Shown here: positions 13,891 to 28,513 of the stretch, piece after piece | Numbering within the stretch: position 1 is the first letter of the stretch | Layout of the letters: each line of letters starts with the position of its first letter | NCBI RefSeq assembly: GCF_009914755.1 | Contig: NC_060947.1 | Source of the DNA: the human T2T-CHM13v2.0 reference genome, Homo sapiens | Length of the DNA stretch: 64,000 nt | Strand: one strand, 5' to 3' | Notes under the pieces: model-generated | What the model saw: only the letters and a program-made list of their open reading frames with translations | Databases searched by the model: none | Told to the model about the DNA's origin: nothing | Translations under genes and position numbers: made by a program

Positions 13891-14819
13891 TGTGAAGATC
13901 TCTAACATGCCCTGGAGACATTTTCTTCATTGTCTTGTTAATTAACATTTGGCTCCTCGTTACTTGTGCAAATTTCTGCAGCTTGCTTAAATTTCTCCTC
14001 AGAAAATGGGTTTTCTTTTCTATCACATTATCAGGCTGCAAATTTTCCAAACTTCTACGCTCCGCTTCCCTTTTAAACATAAGTTCCAATTCCAAACCAT
14101 CTTTCTCAAGTATAAAGTTCCACAGATCTCTAGGGCAGGGGCAAAATGCCACCAGTTTTTTGTTTTTGTTATTTCCTAAAGCTTAACAAGAGTAACCTCT
14201 GCTCCATTTCCCAGCAACTTTCTCATCTTCACCTGAGACCACCTCAACCTGGACTTATTGTCCATATCATTATCATAATTTTGGTCAACGTGATTCAACA
14301 AGTTTCTAAGAAGTTCCAAAATTTTTCATATTTTCCTGTCTTCTTCTGCCCTCCAAACTGTTCCAACCTCTGCCTGTTACCCAGTTCTAAAGTCACTTCC
14401 ACATTTTTGGGTATCTTTACAACAGCTTTACACCTCACTCTACTGGTACCAATTTGCTATATTAGTCTGTTCTAAATGCTGCTAATAAAGACATACCTGA
14501 GACTGAGTAATTTATAAAGAAAAAGATGTTTAATGGACTCACAGTTCCACATGGCTGGGGTGGCCTCACATAGTGGAAGGTGAAGGAGGAGCAAATGCAT
14601 GTCTTGCATGGTGGCAGGCAAGAGAGCATGTGCAGGGGAACTGCCCTTTATAAAACCGTCAGATCTCCTGACACTTATTCACTATCATGAAAACAGCACA
14701 GGAAAGATTCACCCCCATGATTCACTTACTTCCCACAGGGTCCCTACCAAGACATGTGGGGATTATAGAAACTACCATTCAAGATGAGATTTGGGTGGGG
14801 ACACAGGCAAACAATATCA
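13891..14819 (-). mobile_element. Truncated THE1 (MaLR): 5' LTR (14458-14819) plus first ~570 bp of internal region
   Basis: LTR ends gagatttgggtggggacacaggcaaacaatatca. The internal part aligns by eye with ~32660-33230 of the complete THE1 in this window. Confidence 0.88.
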
Positions 14820-15844
14820 AGTATTATGTAGAATAACAGTTGGGAAATTAGGCATTCTTTTCATTTTCCAGATCTTAGAGGAAACATTTTCAGTTTCTCT
14901 CCATTCAGTATGATACTATGTGTGGGTCTTTCATATATGACTTTTATTATGTTGTGGCATGTTTCTTCTAAATTGATGTTTTGTCATTTTTTAATCATTA
15001 AGGAATGTTGAATTTTACCAAATGCTTTTTCAGCATCAACTAAAATAATCTTACAGGATTTTTTTAAGAAAAAAAAGCTTTATTTTTAAATAAATCAATT
15101 ACTTAAAGTATACTTGAGATAGCATCTTTCATTTAATCCCAAGTTAATTGTGTATGATCACTATAATATTGCAATGACATTCTGGAAATAAGTTCTAAGT
15201 ATATCACCATATGCTTATTAGTAGCTATCACATAAATCTACCAACTTTGAGGGAAATATTTTACTAATTTTTCACTGACCCTGAGATATTCATCTCACAG
15301 TATAGCTGTGATTTATCTGAACATTTACAAATTTTAACAAAATTTTTTTCTTTCCATTGCAGGAATCAATATGTTAAATTCCATACTACAATTCAAGTAA
15401 AATAATGATGGTTACCGGTGTGTTTTCTGATACTGCCCATGATAGGTAGAGTGAAATTGCAGCATAAAGAGTAACCAGAAACCTATATTGTAAACTTTAA
15501 ATAGCCTTTAACATTATTAGAGGGGAAAAAACCTAATGGGTAACAATGGAGGTTGAGATAGTTGACTTCTAGACTATCACTGGTCTGTGCTGGCTGAATG
15601 ATCTCAGAAGAAATCAGGTCTATTTTCTTGTTTTGGAAAACACAGGAATAGGATAAAACTTAATTTCTTGGAAAAATTACTTAATCTCACTGGATTCAGT
15701 GTTCTTGGCTATTACTTGAAGGAATTGGTATAGACGAGTTGCTGTAAGTTCTGGATGCACTTTCCTGGGACATATAAGAGATATCAATGCTCAGCTATAT
15801 TTACCCAAATCAATTAAACCAGTCCCTGGAGGATGTGGTCTAAT

Positions 15845-16032
15845 CAGTGGTTCTAAAACTGTAGTGTGAATCAGAATCACCTGAAGAGCTTGTTAAAACA
15901 CAGATTGGTAGGCCTCACTCTCAGAGCTTCTGATTCAGTAGGTTTGGGAGGGTGAGGCCCGCAAATTTGCATTATCAAGTTCTCAGGTAATGCTATGCTA
16001 TTGGTCTGTGGACCACACTTTGAGAATGATTG
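15845..16032 (+). mobile_element. MER5A hAT-Charlie MITE
   Basis: cagtggttctaaaact...cagaatcacctg...ttctgattcagtaggt...gaccacactttgagaa. Confidence 0.85.
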
Positions 16033-16051
16033 GACTAGGCATCTGTGTAAA

Positions 16052-16063
16052 TGTGTGTGTGTG

Positions 16064-16098
<35 letters not shown>

Positions 16099-16109
16099 TG
16101 TGTGTGTGT
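16052..16109. repeat. Compound (TG)n(TC)n(GT)n microsatellite
   Basis: Direct reading. Confidence 0.9.
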
Positions 16110-16701
16110 ATCTCCTCAGGTGAATTCTAATCTCAAAACTCTTGGTATAGAAAATACCAATAAGGTTGCTTAAGTTCTGAGACACAGAGATTTTAACATA
16201 ATAAGAGTTGTTAAACATCAAGATGATTTATATAGAAAGGAGATCTGTGGACAAATATCAACTTATTGGTGAATTTTCATTAAAAACTTGTTCTTATAAA
16301 GCCTTTTACAGTATTTTTTGAAAACTAACTTTTTTTACTGCATATATTGTTCTTCATTTTTCCATAGATAACTTAGTTGATTATCAGTGTCTCATCATTT
16401 GATAAGACCAATGGAAGGTTTGAATAGTAGCCAGGTGCTTTCAAATTGCTTGAAGAGAATCTTATAAGTTAGTAGTTCAGAGGCAATTCTGCAATTGTTT
16501 CAATACGTGGGATTGCAATAGTGCTCTAAATACTGATTCTTTTACATGACCATGTATAAACCAAGGAGTATTCTGTATTTTTCAGTATCAATAAAGAGCC
16601 CAATTTTTTAGATGAACTACTTAAATACTTTTCCTTTGGTCCCTTATATTTTCTTTCCTTTCCTAGAGGCCCTCAATCCTCAGGCCTCTGACACCTCATG
16701 C

Positions 16702-16819
16702 CTTCATCCCCTCTCAGTTCCTCCAGGATGAGGACTGTCTCCCATTACAGTGATGAGCCACTTCATCCCTTCTCAGTTTCTCCAGGATAAGGACTGTCTC
16801 CCATTACAGTGATGAGCCA
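16702..16819. repeat. 59-bp tandem duplication within the NT5DC1 retrocopy
   Basis: 16702-16760 and 16761-16819 differ at 3 positions. Confidence 0.95.
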
Positions 16820-19800
16820 GGAAAACATCTGAATGCATGCTGTCACCAAAATAAACAACCTTGGGCTCAGGTTTGCCAGTCATTTTCTTCAGAACTTTAC
16901 AGGGGTGGACAGCATTCTCTTGGGAGTACCAGCCAGGCTTACAGAGATGGCAGTGCCTGCTGCTCTTCATTATTCTCGAGTCTCTGGAAAGGCCTCTGAC
17001 TTAGTAAATGAAAGAAGAAAACAAGCTTCAACACATTTGTAATCACAATGTCAAAAAGGTCTTCAAAATCATTCTCAATGACATATTCTTAGAGAAACCT
17101 ACCATAATCACTGCGAGAACTGGTAATTAACACAATCGTTTTCCCAGTATTCTTTAGCTGTTGAAGCCATTTTTTTCTTTTTTTTTTTTTTTTTAACAGA
17201 TTCAGGACAACTGTGCAAATATCTGCCTGGATCTCTTTTTATTTCTGGAAAATATATACCACAGTTTTCCTTAAAAGCTGACATTTTGTAATTGTGTTGA
17301 ATACCAGCAAATATATCCTTCCAAAAATAAAAGGGTTTTTGACCATTGTTTGGTTTTGTTAAATAGTCCACCACTCTGGCACATTAAAGAGTTACTGGAA
17401 AGTCAAAGCAGTTATCATGAAACAGTACCTTCCTGAGTGGCAAGCCATTCCAGTGTCCAACAAGAACTGCTTCCACTCCTTCTTGCCATATGCCTCTGCC
17501 AGCACCTCTGGAGTCAGCATATTGTTGCCATGGCTTACACTGAGAAGAGTGCCATTATCTGCAAATTTAATGAAATTCTCATCTTCTAACTCCAATGCCA
17601 AACCCTTGAAACAGAAAGACCAATCCTCTGGGGTCACATTGAGCATTTCCTTATCATACCCTTTCTCCTAAACTAGAAACTGGGCAAAGCTATTGTAAAT
17701 GAGCAGGGTGCTTTGGGGCAGGTTGTAGTGACACAGACTGTAGTCCGAGTTTAAGCTGACAGAGTCACTGGTGGCTAGGAAAAACAGCTGAACCATGGCT
17801 GCGTGGGGAGAAATGGGGAGTGTCTCAACCTGGCAGAGTCTGAGGAGAAGACAGGTGGGACACTGCCAATCAATCCTATGATTTTTGTCCTTCATTCTGT
17901 TAAAATGACGTATATATTGCATCACATGGATAAATCCCACTTGGTCATGATGAATGGTCTTTGTAATGTATTTTTGAATTTGGTTTCCTAATATTTTCTT
18001 TAGGATTTTTGCTTCTTTATTTGTCAGAGATATTAGCCTGTAGTTTTCTTTTATTCACGTGTCTTTGTCTGATTTTGTTATAAGGGCAATACCAGCCTCA
18101 TAGATGAGTTTGGAAATATTCTCTCCTCCTCTATTTTTCAGAATAGTTAAAGTAAAATTGCTATTTATTCTTTAAATGTTTGATAGAATTCAGCATTGAA
18201 GCCATTGGGCCCCAGATTTTTATTTATTTATTTATTTATTTATTTTTTACTGAAAGACTTTTTAGCATGGCTTCAATCTCATTACTTGTTATTGGTCTGT
18301 TCAGGTTTTGGATTTCTTCCTGATTCAGTCTTGGTAGCATGTATGGGTCTAAGAAGTTGTCCATTTTTCTAGATTTTCCAATTTATTGGCACATAGTTGC
18401 TTACAGTAGCCATTAATGATCCTTTGAATTTCTTCAGTACCAGTCGTAATGTCTTCTTTTTCATTTCTGATTTTACTTATTTGTATCCTCTCTCTTAGTC
18501 TGGGTAAATGTTTGTCAATTTTGTTTAAATTTCAAACAAGCAACTTCTTGTTTTATTGATCTCTTGTATTGTTATTTATAATTTCAATTTTATTTCTCCA
18601 CTTATTATTTCTTTTGCACTACTAATTTTGGGTTTGGTTTGCTCTTGCTTTTCTAATTCTTTAACATGCATCATTACATTTTTTATTTGATGTTTTCCTT
18701 CGTGTTTGATGTAGGCACTTATAGCTATAAACTTCCCTCTTAGTACTGCTTTTGCTGTATATCATAGGTTTGGGTATGTTTTCTTTCCACTATCATCTAT
18801 ATCAATAATTTTTAAGTTTTTTCTTATTTTTTTTATTGACCCCCTGGTCATCCCAGGAGCATATTGTTCAATTTCCATGTATTTGTATAGTTTCCAAAAT
18901 TTCTCTTCTAATTGATTTTTGGTTCTATTCCAATGTGGTCAGAGAAGATGCTTGATATTATTTCAATATTTTGAATGTTTTCACACTTGTTTTATGACCT
19001 AACATATGGTCTATCCTTAAGAATAATCTGTGTGCTGAGAAAAAGAATGTGTATTCTGCATTCATTGGATGAAATGTTCTGTAAATATCTATTGATTTAT
19101 TTGGTCTATAATGACGATTAAATTCCATGTTTTCCTGTTGATTTTCTGTCAGGATGATCTGTCTATAGGTGAAAGTGGGGTGTTGAAGTGTCCAGCTATT
19201 GAAGACTCCAGAGATTGGAATCTATCTCTCTCTTTAGCTCTAATAATATTTGCTGTGTATATCTGTGTGCTCCAATATTAGGTACACATATATTTAAAAT
19301 TGTTATATATTCTTGCTGCATTGATACCTTTACAATTATATAGTGTCCTTCTTTATTTTTATAGTTTTTGTCTTGAAATCTGTTTTGTCTGACACAAGTT
19401 TAGCTCCTGCAGCCCTTTTTTGGTTTCCAATGACATGGAATATCTATTTCCATATTTTAAATTTTCAATCTCTGTTTTTTTATAGGTGACGTATGTTTCT
19501 TGTAGGCAATAAATCAATGGGTCTTGCTATTTTTTATCTATTCAGCCATTCTGTGTTCATTTGCATTCCTTTTAGTGAAGGTTATTTTCTCTGGTGATAT
19601 GATTTAATTTCTTCCTTTTTATTTTTGATGTATTTATTGTATTTTCTTGGTTTGATGATACCAGGAGCCTTGCTATTAATATCTTATAAGCCATTATTTT
19701 AAGGTGAAAATAACCTAACACTTTTTGCATGAATAAACAAAAAACAAACACAAATAAAATTAATAAACACTCTCTGTCTTAATTTCGTCCTGTCACTTTA

Positions 19801-20667
19801 TAACTTGTTGTTACAATTTGTACCTTATTGTGCTACTGTGTCTTGAAAAGTTGTTGAAGTTATTATTTTTTATTGGTTCAATATTTAATCTTTCTACTTA
19901 ACAGTAGTTTACCCACCACACTGATGGTGTTATATTTTGAGTTTTTCTGTGTATCTTCTATTACCAGTGATCTTTTACCTTCAAATGATTTCTTATTGCT
20001 CATTAACATTATATTCTTCCTGAATGATGTACTCCATTTAGTATTACTTGTAGGACATATCTTGTGTTGATAAAAATGCCTCGGTTTTGTTTGTCTGGGA
20101 AAGTCTTTCTTCTCTTTAATGTTTGAAGAATAATTTCACCAGATATACTACTCTAGGGTGAAAGTTTTTCCTTCAGCATTTTCAATATGTCATGCCACTC
20201 TCTCATAGCCTGTAAGGTTTCTACTAAAAAGATCTGCTGCCAGACATATTGATGCACCATTGTGTGTTATTTTTTTTTTCTCATGCTTCTTTTAGAATCC
20301 TTTCTCTATACTTGACCTTTGGAGTTTTGTTATTACATGCCTTGAGGAAGTCGTCTTTGGGTTAAATCTGCATGGTGTGCCATTACCTTCTTGTACTTGA
20401 ATATTAGTAACTTTCTCTAGGTTTGGAAAGGTCTCTGCTTTTATCATTTTGAATAAACTTGCTACTTCTATCTCTTTCTGTGCCTCACCTTTAAGGCCAA
20501 TAACTCATAGATTTGCCCTTTGGAGGACCTTTTCCAGATCTCCCTGGTGTGCCTCACTGTTTTTTGTTCTTTTTTTTTTTCTTGTCTCCTCTGACTATTA
20601 CCAAATTGCCTGTCTTCATGCTCACTAATTCTTCTCTTCACAATTTTGCTATTAAAAGCCTCTGATG

Positions 20668-22325
<1,658 letters not shown>

Positions 22326-24635
22326 AAAAGCCTCTGATGCAACCTGCAGTATGCCAACTGCATTTTTTAACTCCAGAATTTCTGCTTGACTCTTTTTAAT
22401 TATTTCAATCTGCTTGTTAAATTTATCTGAAAAAATTCTCAATTCATTTTATGTGTTATCATGAATTTCTTTGAGTTTCCTCAAGACAGCTACTTTGAAT
22501 TCTCTGTCTGAAATTTGACATATCTACGTTTCCCCAGAATTTATCCCTGGTGCCTTATTTAGTTCATTTGTTGAGGTTATGTTTCCCTGGATTGTTTTGA
22601 TACTTGTATATTGTTTTTTGTGTGTGTCTGGGCATTGAAGATTTATGTATTTATTGTAATCTTAATATGCTGGGCTTGTTTGTACCTGTCCTTCTTGTGA
22701 AGGCTTTCCAGATATTCAAAGAACCTTGAATGTTGTATCTAGGCTATATCTGTTTTTAGGGGGAGCCCAAACCTAGTAATGCTGTTGTTCTTACAGACCC
22801 ATAGAGGTAGAAGGTCTGGAAGAATTCTCTGGATAACCAGTCAGACTCTTGTTCTTTTCCCTTACTTTCTCCAATACAAAGGGAGTCTTTCTGTCACTCT
22901 CTTTTCTGAGCCACCTGGAGCTGGAGATGAAGTGACACAAGCATCCCTGCTGCCACCACCCACAGGACTGTGCTAGGTCAGACCAGAAGCCAGCAAAGCA
23001 ATGAGTCTCGCCTAACCACTTCCTTGGTACCACCTAAGTTTACTCAAAGCACTGAGGCTTTAGAATCAACAGGTGCGAAAGCCAGCCAGACCAATGTCCT
23101 TTCCTTCAGGGTAGTGAGTTTTCCTAGGCCGTGGGTGGGTCCAGAGGAGCCATCTGAGAGCAAGAGACTACAGTCAAAAACCTTAGATATTTACATGGCA
23201 TTCTATTGTACTGGAGCTGAGCTGACACGCAAATCATAAGACACAGTCTTTCTCACTCTTTCCTCCTTTTTTTTTAAAAGGCAGAGGAGCCTCATTTTAT
23301 GGCCACTGCCCCCTCAGGCCCATGGTTAGTACTGTCAGACTACTACCACCAATGATTCCTTAAAGCCCAAGGGCTCTTCAGTCAGCTCGTGGTGAAGTGA
23401 ATGCTGTCTGGCCTACGAGTAACCCTTCAGAGTATTGGGTCCCCTGTGGCCCAGGAAATGTCCAGAAATGCTGTCTAAAGAGCCAAATCCTGGAATTGAA
23501 GAACCCAAGAGCCCACTTGGTGCTCTACCCGCCTGTGGCTGAGCTGGTACCTAAGGTGCGAGACAAAGTCCTCATTAGTTTTCCTTCTACTTTTCTGAAA
23601 CTTATGGATTCTCATCCAATAGCCACCACAGCTAGGATGAGTCTCATCTGAAGCTAGAAATTCTGAGTCTCACCTACAGCCCTCAACATAGTACGTGGGT
23701 ATTGCTTCTGGTTACTTAGGGCCCAGGTGTTCTTCAGTTAGCAGGTGATGAATCCTGCCAGGACTGGGTCCTTTGCTTCAAGGCATCATGTTTCTTTCTG
23801 GCCCAGGGTGTGAACAGAAATGTATAGGAGCTAGGGCCTGAAAAGGGGTCCTCACAACTCTGAGCAGTGCCCTATTCTGCTGTGGCTGAGCTGGCATCCA
23901 AGATGCAAGACAAAGTCCTCCTCAGTCTTCCCTCTTGTCTACTCAAACGGAAGGAAAGGGCCTCTTTTGGAGCCAGGAGCTATGCAGCCTGGGGTTAGGG
24001 GAAGAATTATGCCAATACTCCCCTGGATGCCCCAGCTGGTGTCTCAGTATGTCACTTGCCCTCCCAATCCACTGTCTCTGGGCCCAGTTCAGCCCTAGGT
24101 TTCGCCTAGGTGTTGCGGTTCTTGTGACTTTAACTGCCTTTTAAGTTTATTTGGGTCCCCAGAGCCCTGTAACACGTGGGGGTGATTCTTACAGGAAGTC
24201 AAATTCTGACCACTGGGATCAGTGATTGCCCTCTGGCTGGGACTGGTTTAAATGCCTTTTCTGTGGGTAGGCATCAGCTGGATTTGGTTTGGCTTTCCTT
24301 TCTGCTCTAATAGGACAGCACTGAGTTCCTTGTCTAATAATTGCTGTGATCTCGCTCCCCCAGCACCCAGAGATGCTCTTCACAGCGTGCCGCTGGTAAT
24401 GGGGGATGGGGGATGAATGGCGCCAGGGGTTCAAGCCTTTTTTTAAACCCCTTTAGTGCCTTTTTCAGTAATATGATATTACAACCAGGTACTGTGAGTG
24501 TTCACTGCATTTTTGTTCTTACAAAGGTGCTTTTAATTGTATGTAGATAGTTGTTAAATTGGTATGCTTGTCGCGGGGATGATTAGTGGAGCCTTGTATT
24601 CCTCCATTTTGCTCGACCCCCTCCTTTCTCTGTTG

Positions 24636-24700
24636 TTTTGAGTAAGCAACCTCACATTTTCCTTTGGCACTGAGCCATAAAAATTATGTAGCCAATCCTG
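24636..24700 (+). mobile_element. MER45A-like hAT fragment
   Basis: cacattttcctttggcactgagcc..aaattatgtagccaatcctg resembles the MER45A 3' end. Confidence 0.55.
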
Positions 24701-25741
24701 AACACAATTCCTCGGATATAGTAGCATTCAATAACATGTAGCTTTTATAAATATATATATAAAGAGTAGATAAATAATAAAAGTTTTTTTAAGTTTTAAA
24801 AGAATAGCCAGTTTCATTTTATCCAAGCTATAATTTATTTAAAGATAGAATAATGCTGGTAATAATGGTATGTATGATGAAAATTATGGAAACATAAATA
24901 TGTATAGATAGAAAAAGATTGATATGAAACAAAAACACAGTGGTTGTGTAAAGTTATTTTTATTGTGCACAATTATTTTCTCTATTTTAAAAAATGGTAT
25001 GCCATATTTCTCTGTTTTATGGGACTGAAAATGCTCACTAGTTAAGTAAATATTGACCAAGCACAATAATTTTATATGTAGCTTCACCTGATAGAAAAGG
25101 GCTAACTTAGTACCTGCAATGACATCAAGAAATTATGATGTTAAGAAATCAAAGCAAATTAGTTTCTTATCACTTGTTTGGGCTACTTATAAATCATGTA
25201 TTTTTAATTTCAGAACGATTTAATAGAGATTTAAATATTTAGCAGTTCAAATGTTTCTCAATATGAAGAGATTTAGAAATAAAGAAACAAGGTCTGTCCA
25301 CTTTGATAGATGTTCTACGAAGTGGTAAAATGCACAAACCTAGACCTTAGACTTGCCAAAACTTGCCTCTTGAGGTAAAAGTGGAAAATTGAAATCTGTG
25401 ATTTAATCTTGTATCCCATTTAGGCTGAGATAAAAATCAAATTGAATTAAAAGTGGAATGACATTGATAGTATAAAACTGTGCATTCATATTTCACTCAT
25501 TTTAAACATAAAGCATGCACTTTTCTGCGTTTGTTTCCCAAAGTCAAACTGGAGGAAAGTTCTTTTTGCAACAGTGCTCAGATTTTCTCTCAGATTTCAA
25601 GCTGTACCAAGTATATTAAGGCCCTTATATGCTTGCTGAATTTAAAAAGTGGTTGCATGTATAATGACAAAATGCCTGTGCTTTGAAATCATCTCTGGGT
25701 TCTAATTTCCACTCAAATCATTGTAGGAAAAATTAAAAGGA

Positions 25742-26045
25742 GGCTGGGCACGGTGGCTCACACCTGTAATCCCAGCACTTTGGGAGGCCAAGGCGGGTGG
25801 ATCACGAGGTCAGGAATTCGAGACCAGCCTGACCAACATGGTGAAACCCCGTCTCTATGAAAAAATACAAAAATTAGCCAGAAGTGGTGGTGCACACCTA
25901 TAATCTCAGCTACTCAGGAGGCTGAGGCAGGAGAATCACTTGACCACAGGAGGCAGAGGTTGCAGTGAGCCAAGATCGTGCCACTGCACTCCAGCCTGGG
26001 TGACAGAGTGAGACTTTGTCTCAAAAAGAAATAAAAATAAAAATA
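25742..26045 (+). mobile_element. AluS (Sg-like), full length
   Basis: Alu consensus; TSD aaaaattaaaagga / aaaaattaaatgga. Confidence 0.95.
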
Positions 26046-27649
26046 AAAAAATTAAATGGAATAGTGCAAATACAACTGTTACTACAGTGCCTCGTCCACT
26101 GTTGGTATAACAATAGATGCAGATGTAGATAAATAAAAATAAATAAATATTCTTATACAGAAATGTTCATGTTCTTCTACTTCTTGTATAAATTCACTGG
26201 AAATTTTCTTTTGTAGGTTTACTGTTTATTTGGATCCAGTTAGCTATTAAGTAAAATAATTAACTCAGCAATCGTACCTTATATGGCAAATCGTACCATA
26301 TATGTCATACAAAGAAATATAGTTTATTATGTATTCTGCTCTGTTACAAATTTTTATATTACACACATAAGAATTATATTTAAAAGAAATAGCCTACTTT
26401 GTAAGTTCATTAATACTAGTAGATGGTTTAATGAATTATATTTTTAATGCATTTAAACTTACTTATGTAATATTCCATTTTTTAAATAATATTAATGTAT
26501 TTTAATGCCTGTATATGATGAGGCTAGCAATAAGGCAAAAATATGTCTGTTAACATAAGAAATGGATGTTGTACTTTTACTTCGAAATGCCAAATTAGTA
26601 AATTACCCTAAGCTTACAGTAAGAGGTTGTATTCATAGGCAATATTATCTTATTTCAGTCTCAAGTTCTTAGAATTCTCACCTGTAATGAATCCTTTCAT
26701 GATTGGATTTTCCCTTTCCTGAATACTGATAATGATCATCTATTTTATACAAAGTGAATTCAAAGTTATAAACTGCTGTTAATTCAAAGCAAGGCCCTAT
26801 TAATGGCAGATGCACTAAGCAGTATATACTGTACAAATAGGTATTGTCATCTGTCCAAAGACAGCATTCCCAATAATGTCAATTTTATTGATATTATTTC
26901 CTCTTAGGAGCTTAAATTCTAACCATTAAAAATCACTTCTGGGTTTCAGATACTAAAAATGGATAATAAACGGAGTTATCTTTAAAAGATTAATGTTGAA
27001 AACTGTTCATATATAAGAGGAGAGGAAAAATTCTGAAGTTCCTTACATTAGCATGGTGTACTTAATGGGATTAGCAATATTTTCCTATTGGTAAATACAG
27101 AAAGAACCAGGTTCTGAGAGGCTGGGATGCAGAATCTCAGAATAGTTTTGAATGCTGAATTATGCTTTTATAAACTTGTTCTGAAAAAAAAAAGGAGTTT
27201 TCTGATTAAAATATTTCTGTAAAATGAGTTAATAACTAGTCTTATATACACCTGTGACTTAAAATCTTACTGCCAGAATGATGCAGTGATTATAACCTAT
27301 TACTCCCTGTTAGCAGTAAAGCTAAATTTGCAGCCCTGCGTTAATTGTTTTGTTTTAATAGGAAAAAACACTCTTTAAGGTTGACTCTGTGAAACTAAGG
27401 AGATAAAGTATAAGTAAATGGCATGCAAAGTAAATGAATACAGCATAAAGTCCAAGGTAGAGTATCATTTTTTTTTTTTTTTTTGGTGGAGGAAGAGAAA
27501 TAATGGCCAGGACATAATTACCCTAGGGATTTTTCTCAGACTTCACATATTCTCCAGCAGTTTAGGATGCAGTACAATGGTACAATCAGAAAATTCACCA
27601 ACCACCATAGAATTTTAGCTTAAGAGGAAATTTCCATGTGATAAATTTT

Positions 27650-28500
27650 TATGTAGCAAGGATACTAACCCTTCATGTGGCCTATATGTTGGAATTATTT
27701 TCCTGGCTTGTCATTTCTTTTAACACTATTATACACATACACATACAATATATATAGTATGTGTAAAAATATATGTGTATATATATATATGTGTATACAG
27801 GTATACTTACATTTTTGTGAAAGAAAATATAATTTTATATTCTCAAACGTTTGTTTTTTACTTTAAAGCTTCTGAATTTCACATCACACTTAGAAATGCC
27901 TTCTTGTAGGTAAAACTAAAACATTCCCATACATTTTTGTTTACAAGTTTTGCTTATACATTGAAAGCCTAAATATCCTGAAATGTATTCTTATTTCAAA
28001 GTTAAGAGTTTTAACTAATTTATTTTCAAATAGCTAATTATGTTTAAAATATATATTGAAAAACACATCCTTTCATTACTAATTTGAAATGTCAATTTTA
28101 TTATTTGCTATGGGAATTAACCTTGTTTTGTGTTTCCCTTTTATTCCATTGATGTATATGTTTATTCCTCTTTTAGTACCCAAATACTGTAACTGTTATA
28201 CATTTACATTATGTTATATAACTGCTAGGGCAAGACCTATGTCCTCATTATTCCAATTAATTTTAAATGACTAATCTTACACAATTTTTCTTTCAAGTAA
28301 AATCTAGGATTAATTTATCAAGTTCTGAACAAAAATCCCACTAGTTGTCTGATTTGCACTGAAGTTCAATTTATGAATCAAATTGAAGAAACTTATATTT
28401 TGCAGTATTGAGTTATTACATTCAAAAAGTAGTTTTGACATCTAAAGTCAGCTACTGCGAGTGGTCCTGAGTTCATTTTTGTCTGCTCTCCTTAAAATGG
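27650..28500 (-). mobile_element. Very old L1 (L1ME-like) ORF2 remnant; probably continues at ~30950-31325 and ~33600-33850
   Basis: T-rich antisense L1-like phrases (ttattccattgat..tagtaccc; ttaatttatcaagttc). Highly diverged. Confidence 0.5.
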
Positions 28501-28513
28501 TCTAGTGCCATAG

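Larger units (their letters stand above)
15059..17870 (-). pseudogene. NT5DC1: Processed pseudogene of NT5DC1 (5'-nucleotidase domain containing 1). CDS remnant 16373-17796, plus 5'UTR and ~1.3 kb of probable 3'UTR
   Basis: Collinear, intronless peptides match recalled NT5DC1: [107 protein letters not shown], and terminal DETLI. ATG at 17796, stop at 16373-16375, many stops and frameshifts. Minus-strand AATAAA at 15079-15084. The 3'UTR extent is inferred. Confidence 0.92.

Noticed and set aside
16373-17796. Functional NT5DC1 paralogue
   Set aside because: Multiple stops and frameshifts, a frameshifting duplication and loss of the catalytic Asp.
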